Of a stretch of DNA of 64,000 nt, positions 30,257-39,565 are shown one piece after another (positions within the stretch are counted from its first letter, which is position 1; the number at the start of each line of letters is the position of its first letter). This stretch comes from a candidate division FCPU426 bacterium (GTDB lineage Bacteria; Oederibacteriota; Muellerivitia; Muellerivitales; Muellerivitaceae). The stretch lies in contig CAWCKJ010000004.1 of the NCBI GenBank assembly GCA_963796105.1, forward strand, positions 160,001 to 224,000, written 5' to 3'. Both the position numbers and the translations under genes were made by a program. The notes beneath the pieces were generated by a model. It searched no databases. It was not told the origin of the DNA and saw nothing but the letters and a program-made list of their open reading frames with translations.

Positions 30257-31750
30257 TTGCTTTTTATCTTTGCTTATCTCCTTTGGGCTTTCTTGACCTA
30301 CACAGACTATGGAATGACTTTCGATGAGTCCGGCGTTTACGCCAGGGGTATGGGTCTAGGCCATTATCTGGTCCATGACGATTACGCTGGGTTTTTGCAT
30401 AAAAGCGTTCCGGATGACGGCCTTGTCATTTACGACCATCTCTATGCCATGCTGCTTGGCATCATCAATCCCAGGGGAGACCTGGATATTTACCATTTCC
30501 TTAATATGGTTTTTTGCCTGATCCTGTTCGCCACGGCTTTCGAGGCGCTTCTAAAGCAATACGGCAAACCCTGGCTGGCCGTGCTGGGCCCCCTTTTTAT
30601 TGCCTTAACTCCCCGTTTCCTGGGCGATATCCCCGGGAACCCCAAGGATATGCCTTTCGCGGTCTTCTATTTCCTGGCCCTTACCGGCATTTATTATTTC
30701 AACCACAAACCAGGAAATCCCCTTTTGAAAAACCTGATCCTGGGTATTTTATTCGGTTTTGCCCAGAGTTCCAGGATCCTGGGCTTCACCCTATACCCCG
30801 TTTACCTGATGTTCGACTTCCATGTCTTTTATCACCGGGATAAACCAGGTTTGAAGGAGTGGCGGTCCCACATCGCGGAGACTTTCGGAGTCATTCTGAC
30901 TATCCTGATAGTCTCGAGTTTCATCATGGTGGCTTCCTGGCCCTATCTGGGCGCCAATTTTTTCCGCCATATGATTGAAGCCTTCTCGATTTCCAAGAAT
31001 TTTTTCTGGAATAACAAGGTCCTATTCATGGGCCGGGAAATCCTCAGTTCTCAACTGCCCTGGTATTACGTCCCAGTCTGGCTTCTGGTCACGACGCCCC
31101 TTTTTATTCTATTCTTTCTCGGAGGGGCGCTTTTTTTCATCCGAAACAAGGCGGAAAACCCATGGGTGGTCCTGCTGGGATGCGCTTTGACTTTCAATGG
31201 GCTCCTTTTCATGCTTGCGAAACCCATTCTTTACGACGGTGTCAGGCACTTTCTATTCCTTCTTCCAATCCTGGGGGTATTGGCGGCCGCCTCAGCCTTG
31301 GAATTTTTCCAAAAATACTATTCCTCCCGCTTCGGCAAAATCGTGCTCGCTTTCGGCCTTTTGAACTTATTGGCCCTCTCTTCCCAGTTGGCCCGACTGC
31401 ACCCCTATGAATATGTGTATTTCAACGAGCTCACCGGCGGGGTGAAAGGTTCGGCGGGCCTCTTTGACAACGATTACTGGGGCGCCAGCTTCAAGGAAGG
31501 CGTGGAATGGCTCAAGCAAAACGCGATCCAGGATAGCAAAAAAACCTATAAAATCACCGGAACCGGCAGCCCCTACCAGATTTTTTACTACTTCTCGGAA
31601 AACATGAAATGGGTGGACGATTTAAAAAACGCCGATTATTCCCTTTCCTACACCAGGGACCATAAGCAGGAATCCGTGGACCCCTCCAAGGTCGTCCATG
31701 TGGTGGAACGGGAAGGGGTTCCCCTTTGCTATGTCTTTAAGCTGAAATGA
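30257..31750 (+). CDS. Polytopic membrane glycosyltransferase (GT-C, ArnT/PMT-like)
   Basis: DYGMTFDE N-terminal motif, NPKDMPFA, LPWYYVPVW, YDGVRHFLF, HPYEYVYFN, DYWG; many TM helices. Confidence 0.75.
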   Translation: MLFIFAYLLWAFLTYTDYGMTFDESGVYARGMGLGHYLVHDDYAGFLHKSVPDDGLVIYDHLYAMLLGIINPRGDLDIYHFLNMVFCLILFATAFEALLKQYGKPWLAVLGPLFIALTPRFLGDIPGNPKDMPFAVFYFLALTGIYYFNHKPGNPLLKNLILGILFGFAQSSRILGFTLYPVYLMFDFHVFYHRDKPGLKEWRSHIAETFGVILTILIVSSFIMVASWPYLGANFFRHMIEAFSISKNFFWNNKVLFMGREILSSQLPWYYVPVWLLVTTPLFILFFLGGALFFIRNKAENPWVVLLGCALTFNGLLFMLAKPILYDGVRHFLFLLPILGVLAAASALEFFQKYYSSRFGKIVLAFGLLNLLALSSQLARLHPYEYVYFNELTGGVKGSAGLFDNDYWGASFKEGVEWLKQNAIQDSKKTYKITGTGSPYQIFYYFSENMKWVDDLKNADYSLSYTRDHKQESVDPSKVVHVVEREGVPLCYVFKLK

Positions 31751-32505
31751 CCCCGTCAGCCATGAATGACAAGGACCTGAAGGAACTTCAAAAGAACTGG
31801 GACCAAATGGGCCGTCAGGACCCTTTCTACGGCGTCTTGAGCCATCCGGAAAAATTCAACCGGGGCTGGGAGGCGGGGGAATTCTTCGAGACGGGGCGCA
31901 AGGAAATTGACGCCTTGATGACGCGGGCGCGGACCCTGGGATGGAACCCCACCGGGAAGGCCCTAGATTTCGGATGCGCGGTGGGTCGTCTGACCCAGGC
32001 CCTTTGCCCCTATTTCGATTCCTGCGTGGGGATCGATATCGCCCCCTCCATGCTGGAAAAAGCCGCCTTTTACAACCGCTTTCCTAATAAGTGCCAATAC
32101 GTCCTCAACGAGAAAAATGATTTGGCTATCTTCCCAGCCGCCGACTTCGATTTCATTTATTCCGCCCTTGTCCTTCAGCATATGGCGCCGGAACAAGCTG
32201 GCAAGTACATCATGGAATTCTTGAGGGTCCTGAAGCCCGGCGGCCTACTCGTGTTCCAGATTCCTTCCAAGCCCCGGTACCATCCCTTGCGCCTTCTTTT
32301 AAAAAAAACGGTCCCAAAATCGATCCTGAGGATGTACCGCCGGCTGCGTTACGGTTCCGCCGTGAATCCGGATATCCAGATCGAAATGAATTTTCTTCCC
32401 AAAAAGAAAGTCCTGGGTTTGCTGGCGTTAAACTCCTGTCAACTAATAAAAGAAGAGAAGGATTATTACTGGGTTAAAAAGATTATTACCCATTCCTCGC
32501 ATTGA
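31747..32505 (+). CDS. Class I SAM-dependent methyltransferase
   Basis: ALDFGCAVGRL, GIDIAPSML, FDFIYS.LVLQH, RVLKPGG. Confidence 0.9.
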   Translation: MTPSAMNDKDLKELQKNWDQMGRQDPFYGVLSHPEKFNRGWEAGEFFETGRKEIDALMTRARTLGWNPTGKALDFGCAVGRLTQALCPYFDSCVGIDIAPSMLEKAAFYNRFPNKCQYVLNEKNDLAIFPAADFDFIYSALVLQHMAPEQAGKYIMEFLRVLKPGGLLVFQIPSKPRYHPLRLLLKKTVPKSILRMYRRLRYGSAVNPDIQIEMNFLPKKKVLGLLALNSCQLIKEEKDYYWVKKIITHSSH

Positions 32506-32559
32506 TCTTTTCAGCTGTTGTAACTCCCGCCTCATGTTCCTTTGGATCTTCCCGGACTT

Positions 32560-33141
32560 TCACCCATCAGGCGTTTTATTCAACTCCCTCATGGCGGCCT
32601 CGGCTCCCCGGAGAATGAAACTCTCGATCCCCGCCGAAGCCCGCTCGACAGCCTCCTCAATCAAGGGCTTTTCCTCAGGCGAAAACGCCGATAAAACGTG
32701 GCTTACGCCCTGATCCGGGGAAAGTGGTTGGCCCACGCCGATTCGAAGCCGCGGGAAGTCTGAACTGCCCAGGTGGGCGATCAAGGAATCCAAACCATGG
32801 TGGCCGCCTGATCCACCGGAAGTTTTGAGGCGCGTCCTCCCCACTGGCAAGTCCAGATCGTCTGACACGCAAAGGAAATGGTCTATGGGGATTTGGCGGT
32901 ATCTCAGGAATTGCGCGACAGCCCGGCCGGATTCGTTCATGTAGGTTTGAGGGAAGAATAAAAAGACTTCCCGGCCTTCGAGGGAATAATTTCCGAAAAT
33001 GGCCTCGCCCTTTTCCCGGACTTTGACAAACCGTTTGAGGACAAGGGATTCCACCACGCGGAAACCAACATTGTGGCGCGTGAACCGGTAATTCTCCCCG
33101 GGGTTTCCCAGGCCGGCGATCAACCAGGTTTCTAGGGGCAT
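32560..33141 (-). CDS. pth: Peptidyl-tRNA hydrolase
   Basis: GLGNPG..Y..TRHNVGF, PQTYMNESG, DDLDLP, GGHHGL, RLRIGVG. Confidence 0.96.
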   Translation of the reverse strand: MPLETWLIAGLGNPGENYRFTRHNVGFRVVESLVLKRFVKVREKGEAIFGNYSLEGREVFLFFPQTYMNESGRAVAQFLRYRQIPIDHFLCVSDDLDLPVGRTRLKTSGGSGGHHGLDSLIAHLGSSDFPRLRIGVGQPLSPDQGVSHVLSAFSPEEKPLIEEAVERASAGIESFILRGAEAAMRELNKTPDG

Positions 33142-33150
33142 AAGGGCCTC

Positions 33151-33193
33151 AAAAAAACACGGCCATTCGGGGTTTCCCCCGGATGGCCGTGTT
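33151..33193 (-). terminator. Intrinsic terminator between rplY and pth
   Basis: AACACGGCCAT..ATGGCCGTGTT long stem with a T-run on the minus strand. Confidence 0.75.
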
Positions 33194-33213
33194 GGGTTGA
33201 AGCATCCCGCGGC

Positions 33214-33960
33214 TTACTTTTTCTCGGCAGGCTTCTTCTCAGTGGGCTTCTTATCGGCGGCGGGGGCCTTTTCGGCGGCCTCGCCTTCCTCTTTCTTCTT
33301 GGCCGTAATAACCTCCGGCTCGGTCCCGGGGGCGGTGGCAGCGGCGGCGGCTCCCTCCACGGTTGGAGTGGCCTCAGCCTTGACTTCCTCGGCCATCTGC
33401 GCGGCCACGGAAATCACCACAACGCCGGGCGACTGAAGGGGTCTCACTCCCTCCGGCAGTTTCAGGTCGGAAACGTGAAGCGAGTGTCCCACGGCCAGGG
33501 GGGTGGAGTCCACCTCGATCGCGTCCGGAATTTGCGTGGGAAGACACTGCACTTCCAAGGCGCGCAGCAGTGTCTGGAGGACTCCGCCGACCTTGACTCC
33601 CTCGCATTTGTCGGCGTTCAGCACGTGGATGGGAATCTTGATGCGGATTTTCTGGTCCATCTTGACCTGGTGGAAATCCGCATGGACGAGCGAGCTGTTG
33701 ACCTTGTGGTATTGGACTTCCTTCAGGACCGCCAGGACAGGCGAACCCTTCGAGCCGTCGATTTTCAACTCAAAAAAGATGTTCTCCCCTTCTGTTGAGG
33801 AGAGGATCTTTCCCAGTTCCTTCTCGGAAACCTCAATGGATTGGTTGGTCTCGTTCCGGCCGTACACTTCCGCCGGCACGAATCCGCTCGAGCGAAGGCG
33901 GCGGGCCCGACTGCTTCCCCGGTCCGTCCGAATTTTCGCGTTTAAAGGTACTTGTTTCAT
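33214..33960 (-). CDS. rplY: 50S ribosomal protein L25 / general stress protein Ctc
   Basis: ARRLRSSGFVPAEVYG, KEVQYH, HADF, GVKVGGVL, CLPTQIPDAIEVD, EPEVI. Confidence 0.96.
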   Translation of the reverse strand: MKQVPLNAKIRTDRGSSRARRLRSSGFVPAEVYGRNETNQSIEVSEKELGKILSSTEGENIFFELKIDGSKGSPVLAVLKEVQYHKVNSSLVHADFHQVKMDQKIRIKIPIHVLNADKCEGVKVGGVLQTLLRALEVQCLPTQIPDAIEVDSTPLAVGHSLHVSDLKLPEGVRPLQSPGVVVISVAAQMAEEVKAEATPTVEGAAAAATAPGTEPEVITAKKKEEGEAAEKAPAADKKPTEKKPAEKK

Positions 33961-34072
33961 GTCGAAGTTGCTCCTTCTGCCGTTTTAAATTTCAGGGCTA
34001 AACCAACAAACCCGGCGCCGTGTTGAAAGTAGGCCATCAGTCTGGCGCTTTATCCTCACGGTCTTTTTCGGT

Positions 34073-35035
34073 TCACAAATCGTCGAACAACGAACTAATG
34101 GACTTTTCGTTGTGGATCCGCAGGATTGCCTCCCCTAATAGAGGGGCCACCGGAAGAACCTTAATCTTGCCCACCCGCTTCTCCGGGGGAAGAGGAATGG
34201 TATCCGTTACAACGACTTCTTTCAAGACGGAATTTTGGATCTTTTCCACAGCATTTCCCGACAAAATAGCGTGGGTACAGGAAGCGTAGATATCCTTGGC
34301 CCCAAATCGCACCAGGGCGTTGACCGCCTCGACCAGGGAGGCGGCGGTGGCGATCATGTCGTCCGGGATGAGGACCGTCCTGCCCTTGACCTCGCCAATC
34401 AAATTCATGGCCTCCACCTCGTTAGGACCCGAGCGGCGCTTGTCCACGATAGCCAAGTCAGCCCCCAGGCCCTTGGCGTAGGCCCGGGCCATCTTAATGC
34501 CTCCGACATCCGGGGACACGACAGTCAGGTCTTTCAGGTTCTTCTGGCGGAAATAGGACGAGAGGACTGGGTAGGCGTAAAGATGATCCACAGGAATGTC
34601 GAAGAATCCCTGGATCTGCTGGGCATGAAGATCCATCGTGAGAACCCGGTGAGCCCCGCCCACGGTGATGAGGTTGGCCATGAGTTTCGCGGTGATGGGC
34701 ACCCGGGGCTGGTCTTTACGGTCCTGGCGCGCGTAGCCGTAATAAGGAAGCACCGCTGTGATTCGACGGGCGGAGGCCCGGCGGAAGGCGTCGAGCATGA
34801 TCAAAAGCTCCATCACGTTGTCGTTGACCGGGGGACAGGTAGGTTGGACGATAAAAACGTCGCGTCCCCGCACATCTTCCATGATTTTGAGACGGATTTC
34901 CCCCTCCGAGAAGCGGGAAACCATTATTTCACCCAGGGGAACTTTTAAGGCATCGGCGATGTTTTTAGCCAGATCCCTGTTGGCTGTACCTGTGAAAATT
35001 TTCAAGCCGTCTAACTCCTCGTCCCGCGGACTCAT
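34073..35035 (-). CDS. prs: Ribose-phosphate pyrophosphokinase
   Basis: FSEGEI, PYYGYARQDRK, DLHAQQIQGFFDIPVD, VVSPDVGG, DDMIAT; ATG 35035 with AGGAG RBS. Confidence 0.97.
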   Translation of the reverse strand: MSPRDEELDGLKIFTGTANRDLAKNIADALKVPLGEIMVSRFSEGEIRLKIMEDVRGRDVFIVQPTCPPVNDNVMELLIMLDAFRRASARRITAVLPYYGYARQDRKDQPRVPITAKLMANLITVGGAHRVLTMDLHAQQIQGFFDIPVDHLYAYPVLSSYFRQKNLKDLTVVSPDVGGIKMARAYAKGLGADLAIVDKRRSGPNEVEAMNLIGEVKGRTVLIPDDMIATAASLVEAVNALVRFGAKDIYASCTHAILSGNAVEKIQNSVLKEVVVTDTIPLPPEKRVGKIKVLPVAPLLGEAILRIHNEKSISSLFDDL

Positions 35036-35076
35036 GATCGCTCCTAAATGAGTAAAAATAGAAAACCGGATTTTAC

Positions 35077-35099
35077 CACCAAGACACCAAGGCACCAAG
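35077..35099 (+). repeat. Short tandem repeat (CACCAAG)x3 with period 8
   Basis: CACCAAG-a-CACCAAG-g-CACCAAG in the glmU-prs spacer. Confidence 0.6.
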
Positions 35100-35158
35100 A
35101 AAAACTAAATCGCGAGTTAAGTCAAATTCTCTTTGAACCAAGGGTAATTCCGAGCGGT

Positions 35159-36526
35159 TTAATGCTTCTTGACCAGTTTGGCTGGAACACCCACGACAGT
35201 CGTTCGAGCCGGAACATCCCGGGTCACCACCGCCCCGGCTCCAACCACCGACTTGGGTCCGATCCTGACCGGGGCCACAAGGGTTGAATTGCTTCCAAGG
35301 AACGCCCCATCCCCGACCCGGGTTTCATGTTTTTTCTTCCCGTCGAAATTGGCGAAAACACAGCCTGCTCCCACGTTCACATCCTTACCCAAAACGGCGT
35401 CGCCCACATAGGAGAAGTGGCCCACCTTGCTTCCATTCCCGATACGGGCGTTTTTCAACTCGGTGTTGGTTCCCACGTGAACCTTCGCGCCCAGTCGGCT
35501 TCCTCCACGGATGTGCGCGAAAGGCCCGGCGTCGCAATGGTCCCCCAGATGGCTCTCGACAATGCGGGAGGCTTTTACGGTGACGCCCCGGCCCAGAACT
35601 GAGGAATCCACGAAGCTTCCCGGCTCTAACAGGCAGTCTTCACCTAGAACGGTCTCACCCGAGAGTTTTACGTTCCCACCTATAACCGTATCACGGCCAA
35701 TAATCACCCTGGGCCCGATTTCCACAGTGGAACCGTCCAGGATCGTCACCCCATTTCCCTGATGCTCCTCAATCCTCCGCAGGTTCAGGGTCCGGTGGGC
35801 CCTGGCTAGTTGAAACCGGTCGTTGACCCCCAGCACTTCGGACCGGTCCGGCACCATAAGCGCGTCGACCCTCTCCCCTCCTGCCAAAACCAGATGGATG
35901 GTGTCGGTGAGGTAATACTCCCCCTTCACATTGTTTGGCTTCAATTGCTTTAATACGGTTGTCAGGGCTTTTGCCTTGAAGAGGTAGACACCCGCGTTGA
36001 TCTCGTTGATTCTTCTTTCCTTCTCGGTGGCCTCCCTTTCCTCGACGATTCTTTCCACCTGGCCTTCGCTCCCCCGCAATATACGCCCATAACCGCAGGG
36101 GTCCTCCACCCGGGCGGTCAGGAGGGTCAGGGCCCCGTTTTGAAGCCGATGGAACTGCCGCAAGGCCTGGACCGTCTGGGAGCGCACCAGGCAGGCGTCG
36201 GCGCAAAGCACGAGAACATTTCCATGGAGGGATTTCAGGAAAGGAAGGGCTTGTTGGACGGCATGTCCCGTGCCGAGCTTTTTCTTCTGGACGATGGGCA
36301 CAACCCTTTTTCCCAAGTAACGGGCAATTTCGCCAGTTTTCGAGTCCACCACCGCGTAAACGCGGGAGGCTCCCGCCGACATGGCGTTTTGGAGGGCGTA
36401 TTCAACCATGGGTTGGCCAGCGATTTCATGTAACACCTTCGGAATCTTGGAGTTCATGCGGGTACCCTCTCCCGCCGCGAGAAGAATCGCCACTAAGGGT
36501 TCAGCCATAGTTGTCCTCTCTTTCAT
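35159..36526 (-). CDS. glmU: Bifunctional UDP-GlcNAc pyrophosphorylase / glucosamine-1-P acetyltransferase
   Basis: LAAGEGTRMNS..PKVLH, LGTGHAV, GYGRI, EINAGVY, EYYLTD and hexapeptide repeats. Confidence 0.97.
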   Translation of the reverse strand: MKERTTMAEPLVAILLAAGEGTRMNSKIPKVLHEIAGQPMVEYALQNAMSAGASRVYAVVDSKTGEIARYLGKRVVPIVQKKKLGTGHAVQQALPFLKSLHGNVLVLCADACLVRSQTVQALRQFHRLQNGALTLLTARVEDPCGYGRILRGSEGQVERIVEEREATEKERRINEINAGVYLFKAKALTTVLKQLKPNNVKGEYYLTDTIHLVLAGGERVDALMVPDRSEVLGVNDRFQLARAHRTLNLRRIEEHQGNGVTILDGSTVEIGPRVIIGRDTVIGGNVKLSGETVLGEDCLLEPGSFVDSSVLGRGVTVKASRIVESHLGDHCDAGPFAHIRGGSRLGAKVHVGTNTELKNARIGNGSKVGHFSYVGDAVLGKDVNVGAGCVFANFDGKKKHETRVGDGAFLGSNSTLVAPVRIGPKSVVGAGAVVTRDVPARTTVVGVPAKLVKKH

Positions 36527-36589
36527 GTAAAAGGATAAAACCGTCTATATAATAATCGAGAAAACAGCTAGTCATTCAGGTGAAAAGAA

Positions 36590-38680
36590 TTAAATTTCAG
36601 CCTTTCTGAAAAGCAATAAAAGGTCGGTAATCCGAATATTCCTTATTTCCGAGACAGGCCGCAAGCGGTAAACACCGTTGCTTCCCCGCATATAACATAA
36701 ATCGCAATATCGCTGGATGAAATCATCCAGCCGTCCCCATTCCTCTGTGTTTAAAGAATAGACATAGGGGTAGTCCCGGGATAGACGGATGCCTTCCCGT
36801 CCTGAAACGGCCAGGGCATCCACGCCTAATTTTTTTAGCCCTCGAAAAATCTCATCGCCGTTCTTGGCCTTTTTCGCGAGGGAAGCCAACATTTGCTCGT
36901 CGAATGCGCTATTAGTGAGGAAAGGCTGTCGGTAATAAAGTCCACGGCTGTCCCCCGCAACCAGGATTCGGGCATCAGCCGGAAGTATTTGGGCGCAGGC
37001 CTCAGTTAAATCGTAATAGGTGTTGGTAAGATCGGATTGGGCAAGATACTCGGAATGGAGTTCCGCTCCGAACCAGACTTTCTGGCTTTGGTAATAAACC
37101 GTGCTTAACCGGCAAAGGGAAAGAAAACCAATCAAACCGAATAAAAGAGACATGGTGGCCCAAGCCCGAATAATGGATTTCACCTTGATATCGGACAAAA
37201 CGCAAACCATGGCTATGAGGCTTAATAGAATCGCCGGCATCGCCAGCCTCAATTGATGCGATACACCGAAACTCGCAATCAGATAAAGAACACTCAATAA
37301 CGCGATTTTCTTGGCGGATTTGGAAAAGGAGAAGCGGAAGAATAAAAAAGGCAGGAATGAAAAAAGCATCGGCGCGATGGATTGGGTCAAATCCCTGATA
37401 AAGATCAATTGGAACCATCTGACCGGTGATTCCCCTGATCCCCAAACCGCCGCGTGATCCCCCATCAAGCCTTTGAGATTTTCCAAGGGAAGGCTTTTTC
37501 CTTCGAACAAGGCGGATAAATAGGGATAAAAGGGATCCCCGGTAAAAAAATAATTTTTTATCGCCCACGGGGATAGAACCCCGGCTATCAGCAGAACAAA
37601 CCAGATCCAGCCCCTGGCGGAGTTTGTCTTACCATGGCCTTTAAAAGATGAACTTAAAACAACGAGTCCAATGAAAATTCCAATGACTGCAGTGTATTTG
37701 ATGGTCAAAGCGGTCCCGCCAAGAATGGCGGCTGCATAAACCCAATTCGTTTCTCCCTTGGTCCAGCGCGTTAGTCCGTAAAAAAACAGGACAAGATAAA
37801 GACACAATAAGATGTCGACTTGAGTCGTCCAAACGGTTGATGATACTAGTGGAAAAGCTGAGACCATTCCGAAAACAAGGAAACCATAAGTCGTCCCGGC
37901 CATTTCCGCCACCCAACCCGACGCGGCTAGGAGAAGGGTTCCGGCGGCCAAAGCGTTCAGCGTTTTGGCAGCCTCGGCTCCCTGGAAGAAAAGACCGTTG
38001 AGAAAATATAGTTCCCCGCCGAACGGGTAATAGGAATAAAGGTTGGTGGGAAAATCTATAATTCCATGGTGAAAAATCCAATAACTCAATGTGGATAGGT
38101 GATAAGCCAAACTGTCGTAATAAACTTCAGGGACAGCGCCTTGGGCCAAAGAAAATATTCCCAAAGTAATTCCGAGAAGAAACAGCAACCGCAAGGAGAG
38201 TTCTTCTGGCAACTCGAATCGAAAGGCAGGACGCTTCATAAGAATGAATAAAAACTCAATAAGCGCTATGCCCCAAGCGAAAATGGCAATAAGGGAAACC
38301 AAGGGTTGGTACCAAAGGCCAGATAAACCCAGTCCGAGCCAAATGCTGTTAGCTCCCCCCACTCCCAGTGCGAAATCCATGGAGATTTTTAAAGCCCTAT
38401 TCCCAGTGGATAAACCCAGCCACTTTCTAAAACGCCTTCCCCAAATCACAATCGTCAGCCAGATATTCAGGGACAAAAGAAAGGTCTTTAGAAAATACAG
38501 ACTGTTGGATTGAAAGCGAAAATAAGTGGCTGATTTCAAGTCCGCGAGGAGAGTCTTGAGGAAGGCGAAATCGGTTATGGATGACCAAGAGAAATAATAG
38601 AAAAAGACTATTCCCGCCCATACTACACTCAGGCCCAATAATCCCTTTTTCCTCGCAGTCAAGTTCTCAGCTTTTCCCAT
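36590..38680 (-). CDS. Polytopic membrane protein, probable GT-C (ArnT/PMT-like) glycosyltransferase
   Basis: PEVYYDSLAYHL, TIKYT, PWAIKNYFFTGDPFYP motifs; more than 10 TM helices. Confidence 0.7.
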   Translation of the reverse strand: MGKAENLTARKKGLLGLSVVWAGIVFFYYFSWSSITDFAFLKTLLADLKSATYFRFQSNSLYFLKTFLLSLNIWLTIVIWGRRFRKWLGLSTGNRALKISMDFALGVGGANSIWLGLGLSGLWYQPLVSLIAIFAWGIALIEFLFILMKRPAFRFELPEELSLRLLFLLGITLGIFSLAQGAVPEVYYDSLAYHLSTLSYWIFHHGIIDFPTNLYSYYPFGGELYFLNGLFFQGAEAAKTLNALAAGTLLLAASGWVAEMAGTTYGFLVFGMVSAFPLVSSTVWTTQVDILLCLYLVLFFYGLTRWTKGETNWVYAAAILGGTALTIKYTAVIGIFIGLVVLSSSFKGHGKTNSARGWIWFVLLIAGVLSPWAIKNYFFTGDPFYPYLSALFEGKSLPLENLKGLMGDHAAVWGSGESPVRWFQLIFIRDLTQSIAPMLFSFLPFLFFRFSFSKSAKKIALLSVLYLIASFGVSHQLRLAMPAILLSLIAMVCVLSDIKVKSIIRAWATMSLLFGLIGFLSLCRLSTVYYQSQKVWFGAELHSEYLAQSDLTNTYYDLTEACAQILPADARILVAGDSRGLYYRQPFLTNSAFDEQMLASLAKKAKNGDEIFRGLKKLGVDALAVSGREGIRLSRDYPYVYSLNTEEWGRLDDFIQRYCDLCYMRGSNGVYRLRPVSEIRNIRITDLLLLFRKAEI

Positions 38681-38833
38681 GGCGGTATTCTAAGGCAAGG
38701 AACCTTAACTATTTAAATTAAATAAACCTCGATTTATACCGGATATGAATAAAAGGGCTCGTAAGATTTAATGATCTCGGAATTATTTACGGGAAAGAAG
38801 AGAAGCTGTTCAAAATAAATATCAGATAAGAAG

Positions 38834-39502
38834 TTAAGGGCAAGCGGTGTAAACAAGTCTGAGATTATCGAGATAGACATTGCCTGTTCCCTTGGTTGTA
38901 TTGGCGTTGATGATGAGGTAAAGCTTTGTTAGGTAGGTACTGGAAACGACCCCATTCGCGGCCTTCAGAATTCCTCCAGCCCCAAGATTGATGCCCCAAG
39001 TCACAGACTGTTGTCCGCTGGTAATTGCGGGTTGACTGGAACAAATGGGTTGGTAAAAGGTGACGGGACTGTCGGCCAAAAGCATCAATTGGCTGTATGA
39101 GGCTCCAGCTAGAACTGTTGGGTCAATATAAATATCGGCGATCAGCTGGCTGTAATTATTCCAATTCTGTGGTGAGGAAAATGCTTCAATGTAAAACTGG
39201 TCGTTCCAATTATTAGGACCAGGTCCTGAACTAGCGGGAAGCGGATTGGTTATATCCAGGTCCAGGGACCACTGGCCTTGGGCAACATGTAATGGGGAAA
39301 GGGTTTTTGTATCGGTACTGCCGGTTATGTTCGAGAATTCCGAATTGCTCTCAAATCCATGAAATAGAAAAGGGGCACAGGGAGGTTTTGTTTTCATTTC
39401 TGTTAAAGATGGAACCTGAGTAGTGCATCCCTGGAATAGCACGATTAACGGGAGAAAACCCAAAACAATCAACCCCAATTTCCAGATTAATTTTATTCTC
39501 AT
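38834..39502 (-). CDS. Lipoprotein with CBM-like jelly-roll domain
   Basis: Lipobox LFQGC; GFES..., GQWSLDLDI, PQNWNNYSQLIADIY, VYLDNLRL pattern. Confidence 0.65.
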   Translation of the reverse strand: MRIKLIWKLGLIVLGFLPLIVLFQGCTTQVPSLTEMKTKPPCAPFLFHGFESNSEFSNITGSTDTKTLSPLHVAQGQWSLDLDITNPLPASSGPGPNNWNDQFYIEAFSSPQNWNNYSQLIADIYIDPTVLAGASYSQLMLLADSPVTFYQPICSSQPAITSGQQSVTWGINLGAGGILKAANGVVSSTYLTKLYLIINANTTKGTGNVYLDNLRLVYTACP

Positions 39503-39565
39503 CGTTTCATCCTCATCTTTGGATTCCGATAAAAAAACGGAACCCCTTTTCCAGTGCCGGTCGTT

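Noticed and set aside
35036..35158. tRNA-Gln, often found upstream of prs
   Set aside because: No cloverleaf or TTCGA T-loop in the spacer.
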